Assembly (NCBI GenBank): GCA_965649265.1
Contig: CBFGKC010000012.1
Location: forward strand, 35,861-99,860
Direction of reading: 5' to 3'
Source of the DNA: a candidate division WOR-3 bacterium
Lineage (GTDB): Bacteria; Hydrothermota; Tepidihabitantia; B3-TA06
Length of the DNA stretch: 64,000 nt
This document shows positions 56,991-64,000 of this stretch, one piece after another. The stretch's first letter is position 1, and each line of letters opens with the position of its first letter. Both the position numbers and the translations under genes were made by a program. The notes beneath the pieces are model-generated. The model made no database searches. It saw only the letters and a list, made by a program, of their open reading frames with translations, and was not told the origin of the DNA.

Positions 56991-57728
56991 TTACCTGTAG
57001 TCTCTGAACTTGTTCCAAACCTCTTCGAACCTGCGCTCGCCTTCGGCTGAGCCGTATTCCCTAGCCAGCCGATCCCCGAGTTCGCTCTTTATTACCAGCG
57101 TGAAATCCGACGATGCCTCCAGAGCGCCCTCCCTTGCGCGCTCGAAGGGTTCCTGGCCCTCCGGGTAGTTTTTCGTGTCCTTGGCGTGCTCGCGATGACT
57201 GTAGGAGAACCTGTCCGCACGGTCGCCGAAAGGCGATGCAACCAGCATCGTGGACTCCGGGAAATCGAATTTGAGGTTGACGACCGACTCGACAAATCGC
57301 TTGCGGTCCGACTCAGTCATGTCGCAGTAGTTTGAATGCGCAAAAACGTCCTGGATAGTGTGAAGGGTCCGGCCAAAGGCTTCGAGCGCATGCCGGTAGT
57401 CGCCGCCGACAAGGTTCTTCAGGATTCGCTCCTTCTCTCTCGTGAGATATGGTATGCTGCGATTGTACGCTCGCTGGGGACGCTCGCCTGCAAGACGGTC
57501 AAAATGACGCTTGAGATGAATCTGGCGAATGCCGACATCCTGGCCCACGTTCGCCTTCTCGACGATGAAGCGAGTGGGGCCGGAGAACCCCAAATCCGCA
57601 AGAACCTTATCAGTTATCTCGCCGTGCTCACCGAATCCGGTAGAAAGCCCTTCTGACCCAAAAGCCATGGCGGTCAGAGGCAGAAGAAATCCGAATAACG
57701 CAACCAGAACAGGCCTTAAGAATTTCAT
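56991..57728 (-). CDS. secreted HET-C/vWA7-N-like (Zn phospholipase C/P1 fold) protein
   Basis: Signal ...AMA|F, H..IT, HFD and GRTLHTIQD.FAHSNY motifs. Confidence 0.65.
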   Translation of the reverse strand: MKFLRPVLVALFGFLLPLTAMAFGSEGLSTGFGEHGEITDKVLADLGFSGPTRFIVEKANVGQDVGIRQIHLKRHFDRLAGERPQRAYNRSIPYLTREKERILKNLVGGDYRHALEAFGRTLHTIQDVFAHSNYCDMTESDRKRFVESVVNLKFDFPESTMLVASPFGDRADRFSYSHREHAKDTKNYPEGQEPFERAREGALEASSDFTLVIKSELGDRLAREYGSAEGERRFEEVWNKFRDYR

Positions 57729-58023
57729 GTAAGCTCCTTGATTTCTATTTTTATTTATTATAGGCATTAAGGCGATAAATCAACTCTTTTTAATTCCCGA
57801 CGAAGGGACTTTTCGGGTTATAATGCCCTTGTAACGAACCCCCTTTTTCAACGATAACGCATCGCTGCTTGACGAATATGATTTTTTTTTCATAATATAT
57901 GTACAGAATCGGGTTACGGGTTATCTGAGGAGTAAAGATAACCTCAAAAACTATTACAAGGTGCAATAACCAAGGGTTCTTTGGTTTTGCTCGTTTACAA
58001 GATACCTTTAAAAGGAGGGTTAC

Positions 58024-59121
58024 GTGCAGTTGTTGCAAAAATTCCAGGAGTGGGCGGTTCCGCTTGCACTTGCACTGACCGCTGCGTTGAGTCTTGTGAT
58101 CTTTTTTCTTTTTGTGATTTACGTGTTTTCAATTTACTCTCACGAACGGGAAAGAGCGTACGTGAAAAGGAACCAGGCGAGATGGCAGAAGCTTTTAAAC
58201 GGCTTGTTTGAAGGAAGCCTTAAGCCTTCCGAAATAAAACTTTCGCGCAAAGAACTCAAACACGTCAGAGATCTTTTACTTGACAGTTTCTTTTCCAAAC
58301 AACTTGAATGCCTCTGGGATAAAGAACGGCAACGGGACGCTTTCTCCGAGCTTAAATTGAATCCATCGTGTTCAGATAAGGCAAGAAGTCTTTATCGCGA
58401 TCTCGGGTTTTTTCGCGAGGACATGCGAGAGCTGGGTTCAAAACGCTGGTGGGTAAGAGTCAAAGCAATGGAAAGGATCGAGGATCTGGGCATAAACGAT
58501 GGGGAGGAGAAATTGCTCAAGCTGCTTACAGACAAGCGCAGCGAGGTAAGGTTCTCCTCGCTCAGGACGCTGGCGGTAATCTCGAGCAAGAGATTTTACT
58601 CAAAACTCGGCGGCATTTTCGATGCGTCTTCCACCTGGTCCTATCTGTATCTCGTCAATATCCTCTACTTTTCAGGCGTGCCTCTGGATGTTCTTGCGAC
58701 ACTGGCATCGTCGGATAATCCCTACAAGAGGAAAGCCGCCGCAATTCTGCTTGGCAGGATTAAAAGCAAGGACAGCGTTACACTTCTTTTAAAACTTGCC
58801 TCAGACGATTTCGAAGAAGTACGAAGAGAAGCCGTACTCTCCCTTGCACGAACCGGTTCGGCAGCCGCAATGCCCCTCTTCTGGCGCAAACTAAAAGACC
58901 AGAGCCCCGAAGTTCGCACTGCAGTGGCTAAAGGAATTGGGGAACTTGGGCAGCTCGCCTTTTTGACAAAACTCGCCGACGACGAGGATTTCGACGTCCG
59001 GTTTCAGGCTTTTGCTTCACTTGCCGGCTCCGGCCTTGCCGGCAGGGAAGCCATTAAGAACTACCGGGGGCGATATCCCGAACTTGCCTCAGAGTTCCTG
59101 CACGGAGGCGTGCATGTATGA
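58024..59121 (+). CDS. membrane-anchored HEAT-repeat protein
   Basis: N-terminal TM helix; repeats L..L..D....VR..A...L; RBS AGGAGG. Confidence 0.8.
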   Translation: MQLLQKFQEWAVPLALALTAALSLVIFFLFVIYVFSIYSHERERAYVKRNQARWQKLLNGLFEGSLKPSEIKLSRKELKHVRDLLLDSFFSKQLECLWDKERQRDAFSELKLNPSCSDKARSLYRDLGFFREDMRELGSKRWWVRVKAMERIEDLGINDGEEKLLKLLTDKRSEVRFSSLRTLAVISSKRFYSKLGGIFDASSTWSYLYLVNILYFSGVPLDVLATLASSDNPYKRKAAAILLGRIKSKDSVTLLLKLASDDFEEVRREAVLSLARTGSAAAMPLFWRKLKDQSPEVRTAVAKGIGELGQLAFLTKLADDEDFDVRFQAFASLAGSGLAGREAIKNYRGRYPELASEFLHGGVHV

Positions 59122-60541
59122 AACCATAGAGAAGATAGTCTTCTGGTACAACATTTTCGTCCTTTTTTATTTCCTGGCAATAAACTTTTCCTATCTGAGC
59201 TTGCTTCTTTTTGCATCGGAAAGACTGGTTTATTTCAAGCGCCGCAGAAGGACGAGAATATGCACCGACGAGCAATGCGTTCTGCTCCCGTCAGTCGCCT
59301 TGATTGTTCCGGCCTACAACGAGGAGCGCACCATTGTTGAAAGTGTGAAATCCTTTCTTGCTGTGGATTATCCGGATCTCGAGGTAATCCTCGTAAACGA
59401 CGGCTCGGGGGACAAAACCCTCGAGGTCTTAAAAAATAGTTTCAACCTTATTGAGAGTCCGCGCGCATCCAGCGGAAAGATCAGGACGCAGATCGTCAAG
59501 GCAGCTTACAGGTCGCGCTCCAATCCACGTCTCGTAGTCATTGATAAGGAGAACGGAGGGAAAGCGGACGCCTTGAATGCCGGCCTCAATTACTCCCGCT
59601 CAAAGCTCTACGCCGGCGTCGATTCGGATTCTCTTCTGGACAAGGATGCGCTGACGCGCCTTGTTCAACCATATCTTGAGCGCGACGCGAAGGTTCTGGC
59701 TTTGGGGGGGATCGTGATGCCGGCCAACGGTTCGAAAATTGAGGAAGGCCAGGTGGTGGAGCCGCGTGTTTCGAAGAAGTTTCTTCCTGCAATACAAACG
59801 ATGGAGTACATTAGGGCGTTTCTGGGCGGCCGCACGGGCTGGTCAAAACTCAACAGCCTCCTCATAATCTCCGGGGCTTTCGGGCTCTTCGAACGAAAGG
59901 AAGTGCTTGAACTGGGCGGTTACCGGACGGATACAGTGGGTGAAGACATGGATATCGTGCTCAGGCTGCACCGCAAGATGCGCGACGACAAGAAAAAGTA
60001 CAAGATGGTTTTCATCCCGGACCCGGTGTGCTGGACACAGGTTCCCGAATCATTAGGCTCTCTTGCGATGCAGCGAAGACGCTGGCAAAGAGGACTTGTC
60101 GAGAGTCTCACGCACAACTGGAAGATGTTTTTAAATCCGCGATATGGTGCGGTGGGTTTGTTCGCGATCCCTTTTTATTTTATTTTCGAGCTGCTCGGAC
60201 CCGCCGTCGAGTTTTCGGGGTACGTTGTCGTAATCCTTGCATGGATTCTCGGCATCATCAACTGGCAGATCGCTTTGGTCTTTTTCATACTGGCAGTCAT
60301 TTTCGGCGTTCTCCTCTCGCTCTTTTCCCTGCTCCTTGCAGAATTCACGACAAAGAAATACACGAGGCCGCTGGACGTTGTAAAGCTTTTCATTTTTGCC
60401 GTGCTCGAAAACTTCGGCTACAGGCAGCTCACATCATGGTGGCGCTTTACCGCCCTCTTCGGCGTCCGCAGTCGCCGCCGCAGCTGGGGTGAAATCGAAC
60501 GGACCGATTTCGCCCAGGCAAAACCCGGGAGGGCGAAGTGA
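59114..60541 (+). CDS. processive GT2 glycosyltransferase (PgaC/NfrB/IcaA-like)
   Basis: PAYNEE, NDGS, GGKADALN, DSD, GEDMD, QRRRW; TM helices. Confidence 0.9.
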   Translation: MYETIEKIVFWYNIFVLFYFLAINFSYLSLLLFASERLVYFKRRRRTRICTDEQCVLLPSVALIVPAYNEERTIVESVKSFLAVDYPDLEVILVNDGSGDKTLEVLKNSFNLIESPRASSGKIRTQIVKAAYRSRSNPRLVVIDKENGGKADALNAGLNYSRSKLYAGVDSDSLLDKDALTRLVQPYLERDAKVLALGGIVMPANGSKIEEGQVVEPRVSKKFLPAIQTMEYIRAFLGGRTGWSKLNSLLIISGAFGLFERKEVLELGGYRTDTVGEDMDIVLRLHRKMRDDKKKYKMVFIPDPVCWTQVPESLGSLAMQRRRWQRGLVESLTHNWKMFLNPRYGAVGLFAIPFYFIFELLGPAVEFSGYVVVILAWILGIINWQIALVFFILAVIFGVLLSLFSLLLAEFTTKKYTRPLDVVKLFIFAVLENFGYRQLTSWWRFTALFGVRSRRRSWGEIERTDFAQAKPGRAK

Positions 60542-61332
60542 AACGTATGATTCTTTTTCTTGTCGCTGCTGTAATCACTCCTGTCTATTCGGATGAAACC
60601 CCCAACAAGATATCATCAGGCTACGAGCTCGATCTCTTCATGCGAACCTCGAATTACGGACCCTGGCATCTCGGGTATCTCGAATACTCCCGCAAGTTCG
60701 ATTTTATGACGCTCGTCGGCCGCTTCAACTATGCGAACAGAAGCTTCGGAGGCCCCGCAAGGAACGGCGTGCAGGTTGAAATGGACGCCTGGCCAAGGGT
60801 TACGGACTGGATGTACGGTTATCTTAATCTGGGCTACTCGCCTTCGGCCATCTTTCCGCGCCTGCGCGCGGGTGTGGAACCTTACTTCAAGCTCCCCTGG
60901 AGCTTTGAAACTTCGCTCGGTTTGCGTTACCTCGCATTCAAAAGCGATTCCACGGATTCCATCTCAAACGTGTTCATTCTTTCAGGTCATCTAGGCAAGT
61001 ACCTCGGAAATTACTGGTTTTCAGTAAGGCCGTTCCTTACCTTCAAACCCCTGGGGGCCTCGATCTCAGGAATAATTCTTGCGCGCAGGTACTTCAAGGA
61101 CGCTGAAAACTACGCGGGCTTGATGCTGGGGTACGGTTCTTCGCCGGAGGAGCTTGTGACTGCCGACCAGGTCGCAAGGGCTTCATCTTACAAGGCCGGT
61201 CTGGAGCTTGCAAAGACCATCCTTCCTTCGTTTTCCATCAAGCCTGCAATCAAGTACGAGTACGAGGAGTACCGGCTTAACCAGTTCGGACATCACCTCA
61301 CGTTCTCTCTCACCGCTGCCGTAAGGTTCTAG
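60538..61332 (+). CDS. YaiO-family outer-membrane beta-barrel
   Basis: PWH..YLEY, R.N.A.R, Q.E.DA.P, Y.YL..G.S, FP..R.G and Y.GNYW motifs; terminal F. Confidence 0.75.
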   Translation: MKRMILFLVAAVITPVYSDETPNKISSGYELDLFMRTSNYGPWHLGYLEYSRKFDFMTLVGRFNYANRSFGGPARNGVQVEMDAWPRVTDWMYGYLNLGYSPSAIFPRLRAGVEPYFKLPWSFETSLGLRYLAFKSDSTDSISNVFILSGHLGKYLGNYWFSVRPFLTFKPLGASISGIILARRYFKDAENYAGLMLGYGSSPEELVTADQVARASSYKAGLELAKTILPSFSIKPAIKYEYEEYRLNQFGHHLTFSLTAAVRF

Positions 61333-61333
61333 G

Positions 61334-63583
61334 ATGCACGGAGAAGAAAGGAAAATCTCCGCCAGGACAAGGTTCTTTCGCATCGTTGTCTTTCTTTTCC
61401 TCTGGTTGATGACGGGTTTCACCGTTGGAACCTCGACCCTTATGGGTCCGGTTCGCTGGCTGGCCGGGTTGGGACGCGCCCAGGGTTGGGCGGCAGGCAC
61501 GGAGGACATTCTTGTTAAAGCCGTAATAGTCGCTTTCGTGGGCACCTCATTTCTTCTCGCGCTGTGGCTTTCGAGAACGATATCCCGCTCCCAAAGGCTT
61601 CATGTGAAGATCGGCATACCCGTGCTTTCGATGTTATTCGCGCTCTCCTCGCTCTACCTGTGGCTCAACCCGAGGCTCGCCGGGTCCGATGCAATCATGA
61701 AGGAATCTTCAAACGCGCGCTTCACCTTCGGGCCTTATCCTGAAGAGGAGGACCTGGTGCGTCTCAAACTGGAAGGCTACACGGCGGTAATATCACTTCT
61801 TCACCCGGCGGTGGTTCCTTTCGAGCCCGTGCTGCAGGATAAGGAGGAGCAAGCCGCGCGCCGTGTGGGCATCAAGATCATTCACCTGCCCATGCTGCCC
61901 TGGGTCAGCGAGAACGAGAACGTTCTTGACAGCATTCGCGTCCTGGCCTCATCCGACAAAGGCCGGTACTACGTCCACTGCTACCTGGGCAAGGACAGGG
62001 TAAACGTGGTACGCGGCGTCGTTGAGTCGGAAGGCGTCATGGTTTCATCAAAAGATGCCGAATCACCGCGAAGTCTTTCGGAAATCGGCTCTTTCGAGCG
62101 CGGCCCCCTGGTAAAGCTCGATGAAGACGTGTGGCTTGCGCCGTACCCGACGAATGAGGAGTGGTTTGGATACGTCCTTGCAGGCCAGTTCAAATCCGTC
62201 CTTTCTCTCCTCGATCCGGAAAACCCGGAGGATACTAGCTGGATAACGAAAGAGAAGGGACTGGCCGCTACGCACGGCATAACCCTTGAGTTTTCGCCGG
62301 TGCCCGCCTTTCCTTTCGACCCCGAAGCCGCTCTCGACGCCGTAGACAAGGCTCACAAACTCCGCAAACCGCTGTTCGTCCACGCCTTCCTTCTTCCATC
62401 TGTTCCGGGCGAGGCTTTCGAGCAGGCTTACCGCTCGGGCAAGCCCCCCCTCCCCCCCACCCTCTTTAGAGATTCCTTGCCCAAGAGACGAATGGAGATC
62501 ATCGCCCCTAACGCGGCTGCAGGCCCCGCACCCGGTGACGAGGCTTTCGTGACCTATCTGCGGCTACGGGGTGTTCGCTCATGCATCTATCTGGAAGAAG
62601 GGAAAAATGCCTCATCCCGCAACGAGAGGCGCATCGTTGAAAATGCAGGGCTTTCGTTCGAAGTCCTTGGAGACACATCCGAGCTTTTTGAAGCGCTTGC
62701 GTCTGGTGGCCCTTACTACGTCTATGGCGGCGGGATTGAGGCGCTGAAACAATCGCTGCTTTCGAGATCGACAACCGGCGTTCCCGAATCCGCGGCCGGA
62801 ATCCACGCAGCTCCCAAGGAACCGGCCGGGCGCAGGCAGACAGGCGTAATCCAGTTCGTTCTCAAGTTTTTAAAGCGCGCTCTGCCTGGTCCAAAGATGA
62901 TAATTCTTCTTGCTCCGCTTCTTCTTCTTTACGCCGGCATCTGCGGCTGGTTTTCCGGCCGGCTGCGCGTCAAGCGCAACGTAAACGCTCCGTACACTCG
63001 CAAGGTTTTCCATTTTTTGATTTTCACTATGGCCGCCTTCTTGCAGGTGGCACTGGGTCTGCCCGCGGTCGTGTTGTTCGGTTCAATCGTATCACTCGCG
63101 GTCGTCTATGCCGTGATTCGCGGCAATGGTTACATGTTCTACGAGGCGATGGCGCGTCCCTCGGATGAACCGCGGCGTGCGCTCTTTGTCATCATACCTC
63201 TTCTGTCAACGATTCTGGGCGGGGTAACTGCAAATCTTTTTTTCTCCCAGTATTCGACGGTCGGCTATCTTGTTGCGGGCTGGGGCGATGCGGTGGGTGA
63301 ACCGGTCGGTACACGCTGGGGAAAACACCGCTACAATGTTCTTTCGTTCGGAAAGGTAAAAGCACAGCGAAGCCTTGAGGGCTCGACCGCGATCCTCATC
63401 GTTGGGACGCTTGTGGCCTTTCCGGGCCTTCTTCTTCTGGGCATTCCAGCGCTTACCGCGCTATGGGTCGCGGCCGTCGCAGGCGCAGTCGGAGCGGTCG
63501 TCGAGGCGTTTTCGAACCACGGTCTCGACAATCTTTTCGTCCAGGTTGCCGTTACGGCCGCAGTCTGGCTTTTATTGAAATGA
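61334..63583 (+). CDS. fusion: TM + three tyrosine-phosphatase-like domains + dolichol/phytol-kinase-like membrane domain
   Basis: HCYLGKDR (CX5R) in domain 1, degenerate in domains 2 and 3; C-terminal RK.FH, GWGDA....G...G, SLEGS and DNL motifs. Confidence 0.7.
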   Translation: MHGEERKISARTRFFRIVVFLFLWLMTGFTVGTSTLMGPVRWLAGLGRAQGWAAGTEDILVKAVIVAFVGTSFLLALWLSRTISRSQRLHVKIGIPVLSMLFALSSLYLWLNPRLAGSDAIMKESSNARFTFGPYPEEEDLVRLKLEGYTAVISLLHPAVVPFEPVLQDKEEQAARRVGIKIIHLPMLPWVSENENVLDSIRVLASSDKGRYYVHCYLGKDRVNVVRGVVESEGVMVSSKDAESPRSLSEIGSFERGPLVKLDEDVWLAPYPTNEEWFGYVLAGQFKSVLSLLDPENPEDTSWITKEKGLAATHGITLEFSPVPAFPFDPEAALDAVDKAHKLRKPLFVHAFLLPSVPGEAFEQAYRSGKPPLPPTLFRDSLPKRRMEIIAPNAAAGPAPGDEAFVTYLRLRGVRSCIYLEEGKNASSRNERRIVENAGLSFEVLGDTSELFEALASGGPYYVYGGGIEALKQSLLSRSTTGVPESAAGIHAAPKEPAGRRQTGVIQFVLKFLKRALPGPKMIILLAPLLLLYAGICGWFSGRLRVKRNVNAPYTRKVFHFLIFTMAAFLQVALGLPAVVLFGSIVSLAVVYAVIRGNGYMFYEAMARPSDEPRRALFVIIPLLSTILGGVTANLFFSQYSTVGYLVAGWGDAVGEPVGTRWGKHRYNVLSFGKVKAQRSLEGSTAILIVGTLVAFPGLLLLGIPALTALWVAAVAGAVGAVVEAFSNHGLDNLFVQVAVTAAVWLLLK

Positions 63584-63702
63584 CGGCTGGGGTTGCCTGC
63601 TCCCTCGATTGGGAAGCTGTCCTGAATCGAGAAACCTTTCGGATAGAGGGCAACCTCTATTTGAAACGAAAACCAACTTCTCGTGACTTTCCCTGAAAGT
63701 CG

Positions 63703-63745
63703 CCCGTAACACACCCACCCGTAACACACCCGCCCGTAACACACC
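63703..63745 (+). repeat. 3x 15-bp tandem repeat CCCGTAACACACCCR
   Basis: Direct reading; related to the GTAACACCC unit. Confidence 0.8.
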
Positions 63746-63814
63746 AACGTCGTCTGATCGACCTGATATATTAAAGCTCGACCCCGGCGAGATTCGCTCG
63801 CTTCTAGCGAGATT

Positions 63815-63980
63815 AGTCATCCTGAGGATGCGTAACCTCCGGGGGAGGCACCAAGGAGGCGCAGAGCGACTTCTTGGGGTGGACAATTCCCCCTACCCTC
63901 TCCCGATGGCTGAAGGTAATTAATCTCCTCCCCCTTGATGGGGGAGGCTGGGAGGAGGTGTACGCTCTAGAAGAGCGTTT
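63815..63980. repeat. cluster of REP-like palindromes
   Basis: GTCATCCTGAG; CCAAGGAGGCGC-AGA-GCGACTTCTTGGGGTGGA; CTCCCCC-TTGAT-GGGGGAG; ACGCTCTAGAAGAGCGT. Confidence 0.55.
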
Positions 63981-64000
63981 GCCGAACGTTATCGTTCGGC

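Noticed and set aside
57780-58020. c-di-GMP riboswitch upstream of the glycan operon
   Set aside because: No GEMM consensus (GGCAAA..GAAA..GACGCAAAG) was seen; only short hairpins.
1-64000. tRNA/rRNA genes, prophage, integrase, transposase or reverse transcriptase
   Set aside because: No matching motifs were recognised by eye; tRNAscan-SE and HMM searches were not run.

Overview
Mostly housekeeping DNA from a diderm bacterium. The protein style, with repeated T9SS-type-A-like C-terminal sorting tails and very short signal peptides, suggests an FCB-affiliated candidate lineage such as WOR-3/TA06; this is inference, not a database result. Recognisable loci: a partial PflX-type radical SAM gene; an AT-richer ABC/AAA-ATPase + DUF4276-like pair; ftcD; valS; sufS/sufU-like/yceD; rpmH-rnpA-yidD-yidC-jag-mnmE-USP-PTS IIA (no dnaA beside it); gatCAB-aminopeptidase-TamA/BamA-TamB-priA; nadE; MTHFR plus split MetE; and a HEAT-GT2-YaiO operon ending in a phosphatase/polyprenol-kinase fusion. 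Many secreted or outer-membrane hypothetical proteins lie between these. I saw no rRNA, tRNA, CRISPR array, transposase or prophage. The most unusual signals are: (1) a dispersed ~70-100 bp palindromic repeat that occurs intergenically and is also inserted in-frame, in the same reading frame, in two unrelated proteins; (2) a leaderless 23-aa Cys/Met-rich uORF in front of the methionine-synthesis operon, a candidate attenuator, in a window where many operon-first genes appear leaderless; (3) a triple phosphatase-like domain fused to a polyprenol-kinase-like domain in a putative surface-glycan operon; (4) a PriA lacking helicase motifs; (5) several REP-like hairpin families, one with a sequence-variable but pairing-conserved stem.
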